A stretch of DNA of 53,091 bases, taken from contig CALRCK010000005.1 in NCBI GenBank assembly GCA_943354605.1, positions 1 through 53,091 on the forward strand, read 5' to 3'. Below the pieces are notes generated by a model, which was not told the DNA's origin, did no database searches, and saw nothing but the letters and a program-made list of their open reading frames with translations. Positions 36,140-43,764 of the stretch are shown piece after piece. The DNA comes from Candidatus Uhrbacteria bacterium. GTDB taxonomy: Bacteria > Patescibacteriota > Patescibacteriia > UBA9934. The first letter of the stretch is position 1. The number at the start of each line of letters is the position of its first letter. Made by a program: the position numbers and the translations under genes.

Positions 36140-37339
36140 ATGAAGGCTTTTTTAAAAAACAATCAGTCAAAGTCCGACTTTGACTTTCACACTCAATTTC
36201 CAGGTCTTCGCCGAGACGTGGCGTATTTGGATAACGCCGCAACGACGCAAATGCATCAGTCCGCGATTGATGCGATGCATGCGTATATCGCCGGTGGACG
36301 ATCGAATGTTGGACGTGGCTTGTACCCGATGGCCGAGGAAACGATGAGGCGGTATGACGCCGGGCGATCAACGGTTGCGAATTTTGCCGGAGTGGATGCC
36401 GGACGATGCATTTTTACCAAAAGCGTCACCGAGGGATTGAATGCGATCGCATTCGGATTGCGGGAGCGACTTCAGCCTGGTGACGAGATTCTCGTTTCCG
36501 CATTCGAGCACCACGCGAATCTTTTGTCGTGGCGACGCATCGCCAAAGAACGTGGTGCGATGGTGAAAACGATGCCAATGACGCCATCTTTTACGCTTGA
36601 TCTTGATCGCGCAAAAGCGATGATGAGTGATCGAACGAAGATTGTTGCTGTAACGATGATGTCGAACGTTCTCGGGACGGTTTTACCGATCCCCGATCTC
36701 GCCGACGCCGCGCATTGTGTCGGCGCTCTCATTGTCGTCGATGCCGCGCAAGCCGCCGCGCACCTTCCAATCGATGTCGTTGATCTTGGTGCTGACGCAC
36801 TCGTATTTGGATCGCACAAATGCTACGGCCCGGCGGGAATTGCGGCGACGATTCTCTCACTCGACCTCATTGATTCCATGGAGCCGATGATTGTTGGTGG
36901 CGGAATGGTGGATCGCGTTACTGCCGATGGCGCAACCTGGCGGCAAGGAATTGAGAAATTCGAGGGCGGCTCTCCGAATGTTGAAGGCGCGATTGGTTTT
37001 GCTGCGGCGCTCGATTCAATTGCATTCCCGAATCAGGGGCTCCGGTCCCGTCTTGTCACAGATCTGAAATCGATCTCCGGCGTGACGGTTTTCGACCCGC
37101 CGGGTGCGGTTGGAATTGTTTCCTTCACCGTCGACGGCATGCATCCCCACGACGTTGCCGACATGCTCGGTCAGCGCGGTGTCTGCGTGCGGGCTGGAAA
37201 TCACTGTGCTGCGCCACTTGTCGAGAAACTCTCTTCAACAGGAACGTTGCGCGCGAGCTTGGCGATGTACAACGATGAACGAGATATTGAGGCACTTGTG
37301 AGCAATCTGAAAGAAATCGTAAAGAAGGCGAAGGCCTAA
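36140..37339 (+). CDS. sufS: Cysteine desulfurase (class V aminotransferase, SufS-like)
   Basis: YLDNAATTQ, SAFEHHANL, SHKCYGPAGI (PLP Lys) and RAGNHCA (catalytic Cys). Confidence 0.88.
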   Translation: MKAFLKNNQSKSDFDFHTQFPGLRRDVAYLDNAATTQMHQSAIDAMHAYIAGGRSNVGRGLYPMAEETMRRYDAGRSTVANFAGVDAGRCIFTKSVTEGLNAIAFGLRERLQPGDEILVSAFEHHANLLSWRRIAKERGAMVKTMPMTPSFTLDLDRAKAMMSDRTKIVAVTMMSNVLGTVLPIPDLADAAHCVGALIVVDAAQAAAHLPIDVVDLGADALVFGSHKCYGPAGIAATILSLDLIDSMEPMIVGGGMVDRVTADGATWRQGIEKFEGGSPNVEGAIGFAAALDSIAFPNQGLRSRLVTDLKSISGVTVFDPPGAVGIVSFTVDGMHPHDVADMLGQRGVCVRAGNHCAAPLVEKLSSTGTLRASLAMYNDERDIEALVSNLKEIVKKAKA

Positions 37340-37341
37340 AT

Positions 37342-37701
37342 ATGCTTCTTGAATACGAAAATCTTCTTGCGCTTGCGAATCGCCAGCATCGCCGAGGCCC
37401 AATGGTGGACGCTTCGGTTTCCGCGACCGCGGTGAACGCATCGTGCGGCGATGAGTGCACGGTGTGGCTGAAGATCGTCGATGGCGCAATCGTCGACGTC
37501 TCATACGAAGCGAAGGGGTGCGTTATCAGCAGGGCATCGGCTGCGGCGATCGCCGATGCGGCAATTGGTCCTATTGGTCGAATAGGTCCTATGAGCGGAA
37601 AAGACACGCGAGTCCTTCTTGGCGTCGCGGTGAGTCCACTTCGCGAACGGTGTTTGACGACACCCTTGAAAGCGCTGCAAGATGCTATTTCCAAACTATG
37701 A
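37342..37701 (+). CDS. sufU: SufU/IscU-type Fe-S scaffold / sulfur acceptor
   Basis: NASCGDECTVWL, AKGCVISRAS and a C-terminal Cys context. Confidence 0.8.
   Translation: MLLEYENLLALANRQHRRGPMVDASVSATAVNASCGDECTVWLKIVDGAIVDVSYEAKGCVISRASAAAIADAAIGPIGRIGPMSGKDTRVLLGVAVSPLRERCLTTPLKALQDAISKL
37564..37592 (+). repeat. Family-B 3 x 9-bp tandem (attggtcct attggtcga ataggtcct), in frame inside sufU
   Basis: Encodes IGPIGRIGP. Related copies at 46389-46418 and 47453-47481. Confidence 0.7.
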
Positions 37702-38348
37702 GTCTTGTTGTTGATCATCTTTCCATTGCCCGCGCCGGAAAAGAAATCCTTTCGGATATTTCTTTTGTTTGTGAACCTGGTGAACTTATCGTGATCCGCG
37801 GAAAAAATGGGGCAGGGAAGAGTTCGTTGCTTTCTACGTTGATGGCGTTGCCTGGTGTTGAGGTTGTCTCGGGAAACTTTTCAATCGACGGCGAATCGTT
37901 AACCTCAAAGAAGACGTACGAGATTGCACGATCTGGAATGTTCCTTGCGCACCAAGAGCCACCAGCGATTGATGGCGTCTCTCTTGGTGTTGTTGCTCGT
38001 GCGGCACTCGAGACGATGTGCGGTGTAACGGAAGTCCCCGAGGCGCAGCGCCGCATTCGCGAAGCCCTCGCGCAACTCAGCTTGCCCGAAGACTTCGCAC
38101 ACAAAACGTTGCACGCCTCGATGTCGGGCGGCGAAAAGAAGCGTGCGGAACTCTTTCAGCTCGTGCTCTTAAAACCAAGATTCGCATTGCTCGACGAAAT
38201 CGACTCTGGCCTCGACGCCGCCGCCTGCGCCATCACCGCATCCGCAATCGCAAAGCTCCGATCATCCGGAACCGGCTTCGTCGTCGTCACACATTCGGAT
38301 GCGTTTGCGGAGGCGTTACAGACGACGAAAACGATAAAAATTGGGTAA
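37698..38348 (+). CDS. sufC: Fe-S cluster assembly ATPase SufC
   Basis: Walker A GKNGAGKSSL, signature MSGGEKKR and Walker B ALLDEIDSGLD. ATGA overlap with sufU. Confidence 0.9.
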   Translation: MSLVVDHLSIARAGKEILSDISFVCEPGELIVIRGKNGAGKSSLLSTLMALPGVEVVSGNFSIDGESLTSKKTYEIARSGMFLAHQEPPAIDGVSLGVVARAALETMCGVTEVPEAQRRIREALAQLSLPEDFAHKTLHASMSGGEKKRAELFQLVLLKPRFALLDEIDSGLDAAACAITASAIAKLRSSGTGFVVVTHSDAFAEALQTTKTIKIG

Positions 38349-38400
38349 AGGAGCTGCGGTAAAACATTGCGAACATTAGCCAAGAAAATGCTGTTCTTGC

Positions 38401-38429
38401 TTGACAAAACGGCATTTTTCTGCTATGAT
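38401..38429 (+). promoter_or_regulatory. Near-consensus sigma70 promoter of the DGR target gene
   Basis: TTGACA, 17 nt, then TATGAT. GGAG lies 6 nt before ATG 38485. Confidence 0.5.
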
Positions 38430-38484
38430 AAAAGGGTAAGTTTCAATTGATCCCTCCTTCAACCCTGCACATTCTGGAGCTTTC

Positions 38485-38994
38485 ATGGATGCCACCACCG
38501 TTCTTTCCCTCGTCTCTGCTCTTCTCGCCGACACCAGCATCTTCGGAGCCGCCAAGCGCGCCAAGCTCGAGGCACTCCTCGCGGAGAAGCCGCCGATCGG
38601 TGGCATGATCGTCCAGTTGTTGGCGCTCACGCCGAAGTTCGACTGGGTCAATCCGGAGATCACGGACGAGCACTTTCCGACGGTCGAGCCGAACCTGGAC
38701 GGTGCGCAGCTCGAACACTACGGCAAGAGCATGTCTTCCACAGCTGTTCTCGCTGACTTCAAGAGCCGTGGCCGTCGCGCCGCCACCGCCGCCGAAACGC
38801 TTCTCTACGGGATCATGAATCCGGAGGAGCAGCGGAAGTACTGGATCGTTGGTCTCGGCCAGGTCTGGCTCTACCCCGGCATCGGCGATTACGTCGTCGT
38901 CTTGGACGAGCACGATCGCGAGCGTTACGCGAGCCTCTACGCCTTTGCGCGCGACTGGTATGCGAGCTACCGCTTCCTCTCGTTCCCGCAATAG
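38485..38994 (+). CDS. DGR variable (target) protein, 169 aa, VR at the C-terminus
   Basis: The last 43 codons are the VR. GC-rich. No signal peptide or TM seen. Confidence 0.8.
   Translation: MDATTVLSLVSALLADTSIFGAAKRAKLEALLAEKPPIGGMIVQLLALTPKFDWVNPEITDEHFPTVEPNLDGAQLEHYGKSMSSTAVLADFKSRGRRAATAAETLLYGIMNPEEQRKYWIVGLGQVWLYPGIGDYVVVLDEHDRERYASLYAFARDWYASYRFLSFPQ
38861..38991 (+). repeat. DGR variable region (VR)
   Basis: 131 bp matching 39387-39517 with 15 mismatches, 14 of them opposite TR adenines. It ends at the last sense codon. Confidence 0.85.
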
Positions 38995-39386
38995 TTCGGC
39001 ACTTGGAACCTTGGGCACTTGGGCCTGGCGCTCGAACCCTTGGTTACTGGTCGGATGGTTACGGTTTTACGCGGTTCGCACGTCGCGCTCTGTCCTACGA
39101 AGGACGGGGCGCGATTCTGTTTGATATACTTTTTTTTGGAAAGTAGATTGGTAAGGCTTGCGGCTACGAATGGCTTCGGGCGATCGAAATCTGGAATACG
39201 CGGAATGTGCCAGAAGATGGATTCGTTTTGCGAATCGTCGTGCGCCATTGCTTGTTTCTCCAACATGAACTCATTGGTACAAAACCTGGTGAGCGTATTG
39301 GCTCCACAATATATTCAATCCTGAGTCGCACCATGTGCTCGCGTCGAGGGATGGTGGTATGGATGGTTTTTGTACACATTGGTGGG

Positions 39387-39517
39387 AGGTCTGGCTCAAC
39401 CCCGACAACGGCGATTACGTCGTCGTCTTGAACGAGAACGATCGCAAGCGGAACGCGAACCTCAACACCTTTGCGAACGACTGGAATGCGAGCAACCGCT
39501 TCCTCTCGTTCCCGCAA
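39387..39517 (+). repeat. DGR template region (TR)
   Basis: The Asn-codon-rich copy (…WLNPDNGDYVVVLNENDRKRNANLNTFANDWNASNRF…). Noncoding context. Confidence 0.85.
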
Positions 39518-39527
39518 CGGGTTCATG

Positions 39528-39557
39528 AATACTCCCACCAAAACTGGTGGGAGTATT
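39528..39557 (+). other. Perfect 13-bp hairpin 10 nt downstream of the TR
   Basis: aatactcccacca-aaac-tggtgggagtatt. It overlaps the avd stop codon on the other strand. No T run on either side. Confidence 0.75.
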
Positions 39558-39876
39558 ACTGTAACGAGGCCATCCACTTTCCGAGCATTTTCCCAACGTC
39601 ATTAAGGGGACTTCCCAGTGTGCTATAGGGTTTTGTTTCAATAAGTTTGAGTTCCCAAATAATATTGAGAAAGAATTTGAGCGCATCAAACTTCACGCTT
39701 GCACGCTGAAGAATTTGCAGTTTTTCCGTTCGTTTACTATATGCAGCGAGAAGAATGAGTTCGAGCACATCACAAAAGAGTGTGTCGATTTTTGCGCCAA
39801 GAGTATATCGGTTTAGGCGCGGAAAGTTTTTGAGCTGGTATTGCCAAGCCTTGTAAATTTCACTCAACGTATGCAA
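39556..39876 (-). CDS. avd: Avd-like accessory variability determinant (four-helix bundle, 23S rRNA IVS protein family), antisense to TR and RT
   Basis: LSEIYKAWQYQLKNFPRLNRYTLGAKIDTLFCDVLELILLAAYS...KFDALKFFLNIIWELKLI...LNDVGKMLGKWMASL. The only plausible in-frame start is TTG at 39876. The ORF-track N-terminus would overlap the RT. Confidence 0.6.
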   Translation of the reverse strand: MHTLSEIYKAWQYQLKNFPRLNRYTLGAKIDTLFCDVLELILLAAYSKRTEKLQILQRASVKFDALKFFLNIIWELKLIETKPYSTLGSPLNDVGKMLGKWMASLQ

Positions 39877-39886
39877 AACAGGAACA

Positions 39887-40936
39887 TTGCCGAACGCGTT
39901 TTCGGGGGGGGGCGAGCATAATCGAAAGATTTTTAGGATTTCATTTGAAGAAATAGTATCAATGGAAAATCTGCTTGATGCGTGGAGTGAATTTTTGGTG
40001 GGGAAACGGAAGAAACCTGATGTACAAACGTTCAAACAGAATCTTTTAGAGCATGTTCGCATGCTGCACGACGATCTTGTTGGGCATCGCTATCAGCACG
40101 GCGCATATTACCATTTTCGTATCACCGATCCAAAACCAAGAGATATTCATAAGGCAACGGTTCGCGACAGGCTTCTCCACCATGCAATTCATCGCAAACT
40201 GTATCCGTTATTTGATCAAGTCTTTATTGCGGATTCGTTTTCGTGTCGCGTTGAGAAAGGAACGCACAAGGCGATGGATCGATTTCGAGCTTTTGTACGA
40301 CAGGTGAGCAAGAACGACACGCGAACATGTTGGGCACTCAAATTGGATATCCGAAAGTTTTTCGCGAGTATCGATCACGATCTCTTGTTATCGATACTGT
40401 ATCAACGAATCCCAGATTTAGAACTCATGTCGTTGTTTGAACGTATCATTGACTCATTTCATGGGAATGAGCATGGAAAGGGAATTCCATTAGGAAATCT
40501 CACGTCACAACTTTTTGCGAATGTGTACTTGAATGCCCTGGATCAATTTGTGAAACACGATCTTCGATGTAAATATTACATTCGGTACGCCGATGATTTT
40601 GTGGTGTTGTCGGAAGATCGGGATTGGCTCGTGAAACAACTGCCGAAGATTGATACGTTTTTGTGGGACATGCTTCGACTACTATTGCATCCAAAGAAGA
40701 TTGAGCTTCGCACTTTTGCATCTGGTGTTGATTTTTTGGGGTGGAACCATTGGCCAAGCCACAGAACATTGAGAACGGTGACGAAAGAGCGTATGTTTCG
40801 TCGCTTGCTTCAAAAGCCAACGGAACCCGTTTTTGGTTCGTATTCAGGTTTGCTCCAACACGGGAATGCACAAAAGATCGAAAACGAGCTTAAAAATACA
40901 CGCTGGTTTTTTTCAAGAGAGATGAATCTCGTATGA
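39887..40936 (+). CDS. DGR-type reverse transcriptase
   Basis: SFEEIVSMENLLDAWSEFLVGKRKK N-terminus, DIRKFFASIDH, GIPLGNLTSQLFANVYLNALD (DGR hallmark) and YIRYADDFVVL. The start is uncertain (TTG 39887 or ATG 39962). Confidence 0.85.
   Translation: MPNAFSGGGEHNRKIFRISFEEIVSMENLLDAWSEFLVGKRKKPDVQTFKQNLLEHVRMLHDDLVGHRYQHGAYYHFRITDPKPRDIHKATVRDRLLHHAIHRKLYPLFDQVFIADSFSCRVEKGTHKAMDRFRAFVRQVSKNDTRTCWALKLDIRKFFASIDHDLLLSILYQRIPDLELMSLFERIIDSFHGNEHGKGIPLGNLTSQLFANVYLNALDQFVKHDLRCKYYIRYADDFVVLSEDRDWLVKQLPKIDTFLWDMLRLLLHPKKIELRTFASGVDFLGWNHWPSHRTLRTVTKERMFRRLLQKPTEPVFGSYSGLLQHGNAQKIENELKNTRWFFSREMNLV
39904..39912 (+). repeat. G9 homopolymer between the avd start and the conserved RT N-terminus
   Basis: Counted directly. 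It encodes GGG if the RT starts at TTG 39887, and lies 50 nt upstream of ATG 39962. Confidence 0.85.
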
Positions 40937-40985
40937 ACTTAGCACTCTTCACAAGGGACTGCTAATCGGGTACTCTTAAGGGACT

Positions 40986-41579
40986 ATGTCTGACATCCAA
41001 TCCAACTACCTTATCCCTTCCGTGATTGAGAAAACGGCGAATGGGGAGCGCGCGTACGATATTTATTCGCGATTGCTTAAGGACCGCATCGTATTCCTCG
41101 GGACCGAGATCGATGACAGTGTCGCGAATGCGGTGATTGCGCAGCTTCTTTTCCTTGAAAGCCAGGATAAGGAAAAGGATATTACCCTGTACATCAACTC
41201 CCCGGGAGGATCGGTAACCGCTGGATTGGCGATTTACGACACCATGCAATACATCCAGCCGAAGGTGTCCACCATTTGTATTGGGATGGCGGCGAGCATG
41301 GGTGCCGTGCTGTTGGCCGCTGGAGCGCCGGGGAAGCGTTTTGCGCTTCCAAATGCTGAAGTGATGATCCACCAGGTGCTCGGCGGCGTAAAAGGCCAGG
41401 CAACGGATATTAAGATCCATGCGGACCGTATTTTGGCCGTTCGCGACAGCTTGAACGAGATCCTGTCAAAACACACAGGAAAACCGATGAAAACCGTGGC
41501 GGTAGACACGGAGCGCGATAACTTCATGACCGCGAAAGAGGCCCAAAAATATGGGCTTATTGACAAAGTGATCGCCTAA
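40986..41579 (+). CDS. clpP: ATP-dependent Clp protease proteolytic subunit
   Basis: [30 protein letters not shown] (catalytic Ser) and MIHQVLGG (His). Confidence 0.93.
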   Translation: MSDIQSNYLIPSVIEKTANGERAYDIYSRLLKDRIVFLGTEIDDSVANAVIAQLLFLESQDKEKDITLYINSPGGSVTAGLAIYDTMQYIQPKVSTICIGMAASMGAVLLAAGAPGKRFALPNAEVMIHQVLGGVKGQATDIKIHADRILAVRDSLNEILSKHTGKPMKTVAVDTERDNFMTAKEAQKYGLIDKVIA

Positions 41580-41710
41580 AAGGTACAACGTGACCTCCTC
41601 CCACACTTTCTCCTGCGGTCACGACAAGCATGGGGATACAAGATTTTTGAGCACTTTGGCTTAGGCTGAACTGTTTCAATACTTTTATCTTCTTGACCGC
41701 AGAACAAAGC

Positions 41711-41837
41711 GTGGGAGGGTTTTATTTGGGCAATTTTGGCCTTGCGCCATCGGAAACTTCCTCAACGTACCATGAAGTACGTCTCGGAAGCTTTCCTCGT
41801 CGCGCGCCCAAACTTGCCGCAAATAAAACCCTCCCAC
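41711..41837 (+). repeat. Rod-like 127-nt hairpin element H3 containing the 77-nt core copy 2 (41748-41824)
   Basis: An 18-bp perfect basal stem gtgggagggttttatttg / caaataaaaccctcccac, extended by ggcaa/ttgcc. The apical part is the conserved core. Confidence 0.6.
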
Positions 41838-41863
41838 AGTCAGTCGACCTGAGCTCAAATCAC

Positions 41864-41900
41864 AATCCCTCCGAATTCCTGGTGGTTTCGGAGGGATTTT
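41864..41900. terminator. Hairpin terminator between H3 and the VanW gene end
   Basis: An 11-bp stem aatccctccga / tcggagggatt followed by ttat. Confidence 0.5.
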
Positions 41901-41904
41901 ATGA

Positions 41905-43764
41905 TTACTCCGAAATGACGTCGTCCGTTGGAGCGGTGGTGCTGGTGGCTTTGCCGACGAGACAGGTTTCGGGGAGGGCGCGATAGGTTGAAAGGAATGG
42001 GGTGACTTTTGTGGTGCCGTCCGGATAGACGACGGTGTAGTCAAAGGTTGCGACAGCGCCAGGGAAGCCGTGCTGGCATTGCTCAACGCCAGGAGCGAGC
42101 GTGTCGGTTTCTTTGACGACTTTCGACCCCATCGACGTTCGTGAAAGTACGGTTGGTGGATTGTAGCTTCCAGTTCGACCATCTTTGGTGCCCCAGAAGG
42201 TGAAGGTTACGGCGTTCAGCTCGTCGTCGAATGCCGTCACAAGGAGTGTGTACGTTGGCATGTCGTTTTTGAACTTGAAGTCTGGGGCAGGGTCGTACAG
42301 CGTTGCATCGGTGCCCGGATTGCCGTTGTTCACGTCGTTGTAATAGGAAATCGCGAGGGAGTGATTTCGTCGCTCCACCACCTCGAGACCTGCGTGCATC
42401 ACGGCACGGAATGCGGTGGTGCCAAGCTGACACAACCCGCCGCCAACTTCTGGCTTAATCTCATCGCCTTTAATAACGAGTTCCGAAAAGTATCCGTCGT
42501 CCAGGGTAAACGGACGCAGATGCTCAAGGAGAGAGACGGTCTCGCCGGGGGCAATAAGAATGCCGTTGAGTTTTTCGGCGCCGTGCTTAATGTTTGCCTT
42601 TCGATTCGCGGTTGGATGGGAGAATGTTGTGGTTGCTTCTCCAACGATTTCGCTAATACCAAGGCCGTTCGCGTCCTCAGTGCTGATGCTTGGCATTTCC
42701 GTTCGTGTTGCCACCGTGATTGGCGCGTCGGCAGACGTTGCGGTGCCGAGCGCGGCTTCAAACGCAGCAAAGAACGCGTCGTCGTCCACGACGGTTCCGT
42801 TTCTGCTGCCTTGAAATTCGTTGACTTTGCCGCCGTCCAGTGTGAAGCGGGCATTTTGTGCGCCGATATCGATAGTAGCGTGAAGTTCGTTCAGGAAATC
42901 GACCATTTTTTCCGGCTCAAGGCCAATAACGGGCCCGCGTTCACGGTCTTGTGTGGGAAGAATCCAATCCGCAATGGTGCGCGTGCTAATGGTCCATGTC
43001 TGTGGTTCGCCGTTCGCATCTGTTCCGGTGATGGTGTATGGCGCCGCATCGATCGCGGCAGCGGCAAGTGGAATAAGCGATGTTGCGTCTGCGGTGGTCA
43101 TGTACGGCGTGACTGGCATGGTGCTGACGGTTACGGGTTTGAGGACGAGATCTTTTGCGTCGGCAGCAACGGCAGTCATCGTTGAATCGAGGTTGAGTGT
43201 TTGGCCATTGGTTCCTTCGGTAATCGTAATCACAGGATCTTTGCCGCGGGGGAGCGATACTGCAAAGTCGGTGGCGGTTGCCTGAGTTTGCGCATTTGGG
43301 AACGCAGAAAGCATCGCTTCTTTGAGCCGATCGTCGTTGACAACGACGCTTGCCGCAAACGACTTTTGGCCGAAGAGCTGGAAGTACAGCGTGAGAATGC
43401 TGTCGATCACGGGGTTGCTGTTGTGGCCGACGGTGAGTGCTTCTTGGGCTGCGGCACTTGGATCCCAGTCCACAAGATTGTATGCGACATCGCTGCCGTT
43501 TGAACTAAAGAGGTCGATGATATGCGTTTCGTCATCGACGACGACCGGAAGACCGGCGCTGATCATGGCGTCGTATGCCTTTTGCAGCGTGGATGTTGCG
43601 GCAAGCGCGTCCATACCGGAAAGATTGATACCGGCAACAAAAACGTTTTGCGCCACACGTCCTTTGTATGCGGCGTGGGCGTTCATTGCGAACATCGTCG
43701 TCGTGAAAAGCCCCGCAAGGAGAATTGTCAGGGTAATCAGGAGGGCGGCGTGGACCTTTTTCAT
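41905..43764 (-). CDS. VanW/YoaR-like membrane-anchored protein
   Basis: N-terminal TM ALLITLTILLAGLFTT. VanW-domain core GGGLCQLGTTAFRAVMHAGLEVVERRNHSLAISYY. Confidence 0.75.
   Translation of the reverse strand: MKKVHAALLITLTILLAGLFTTTMFAMNAHAAYKGRVAQNVFVAGINLSGMDALAATSTLQKAYDAMISAGLPVVVDDETHIIDLFSSNGSDVAYNLVDWDPSAAAQEALTVGHNSNPVIDSILTLYFQLFGQKSFAASVVVNDDRLKEAMLSAFPNAQTQATATDFAVSLPRGKDPVITITEGTNGQTLNLDSTMTAVAADAKDLVLKPVTVSTMPVTPYMTTADATSLIPLAAAAIDAAPYTITGTDANGEPQTWTISTRTIADWILPTQDRERGPVIGLEPEKMVDFLNELHATIDIGAQNARFTLDGGKVNEFQGSRNGTVVDDDAFFAAFEAALGTATSADAPITVATRTEMPSISTEDANGLGISEIVGEATTTFSHPTANRKANIKHGAEKLNGILIAPGETVSLLEHLRPFTLDDGYFSELVIKGDEIKPEVGGGLCQLGTTAFRAVMHAGLEVVERRNHSLAISYYNDVNNGNPGTDATLYDPAPDFKFKNDMPTYTLLVTAFDDELNAVTFTFWGTKDGRTGSYNPPTVLSRTSMGSKVVKETDTLAPGVEQCQHGFPGAVATFDYTVVYPDGTTKVTPFLSTYRALPETCLVGKATSTTAPTDDVISE

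Larger units (their letters stand above)
38401..40936 (+). mobile_element. Diversity-generating retroelement cassette (promoter, target gene with VR, TR, avd, RT)
   Basis: VR/TR pair with adenine-specific mismatches, plus a DGR-type RT and an Avd-like gene. See the component features. Confidence 0.85.

Noticed and set aside
38995-39386. ORFs 39019-39324(+) and 38967-39266(-) in the VR-TR spacer as an extra DGR accessory gene
   Set aside because: No RBS, no recognisable fold, mutually overlapping and low-complexity. More likely untranslated DGR RNA. This cannot be excluded without homology or expression data.
39335-39628. 97-aa ORF covering the TR, plus minus-strand ORFs 38443-39018 and 39164-39577, as possible second DGR targets
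   Set aside because: The plus ORF is simply the TR read in the VR frame (Asn-rich, no upstream gene body). The minus ORFs are antisense translations of VR and TR, sharing REREEAVARIPV only because the DNA is repeated.
39877-40062. Long N-terminal extension of the Avd-like ORF (start at 40062)
   Set aside because: It would overlap the RT coding region antisense by about 175 nt. It reads through the C9 tract with junk-like sequence (MRTCSKRFCLNVCTSGFF...). Avd homology begins near the TTG at 39876.
41685-42182. 165-aa minus-strand ORF and 97-aa plus ORF 41693-41986 across the clpP-VanW spacer
   Set aside because: They run through the 127-nt palindromic element and the terminator and overlap the VanW 3' end. 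Their composition is low-complexity (Pro/Ser/Arg-rich).
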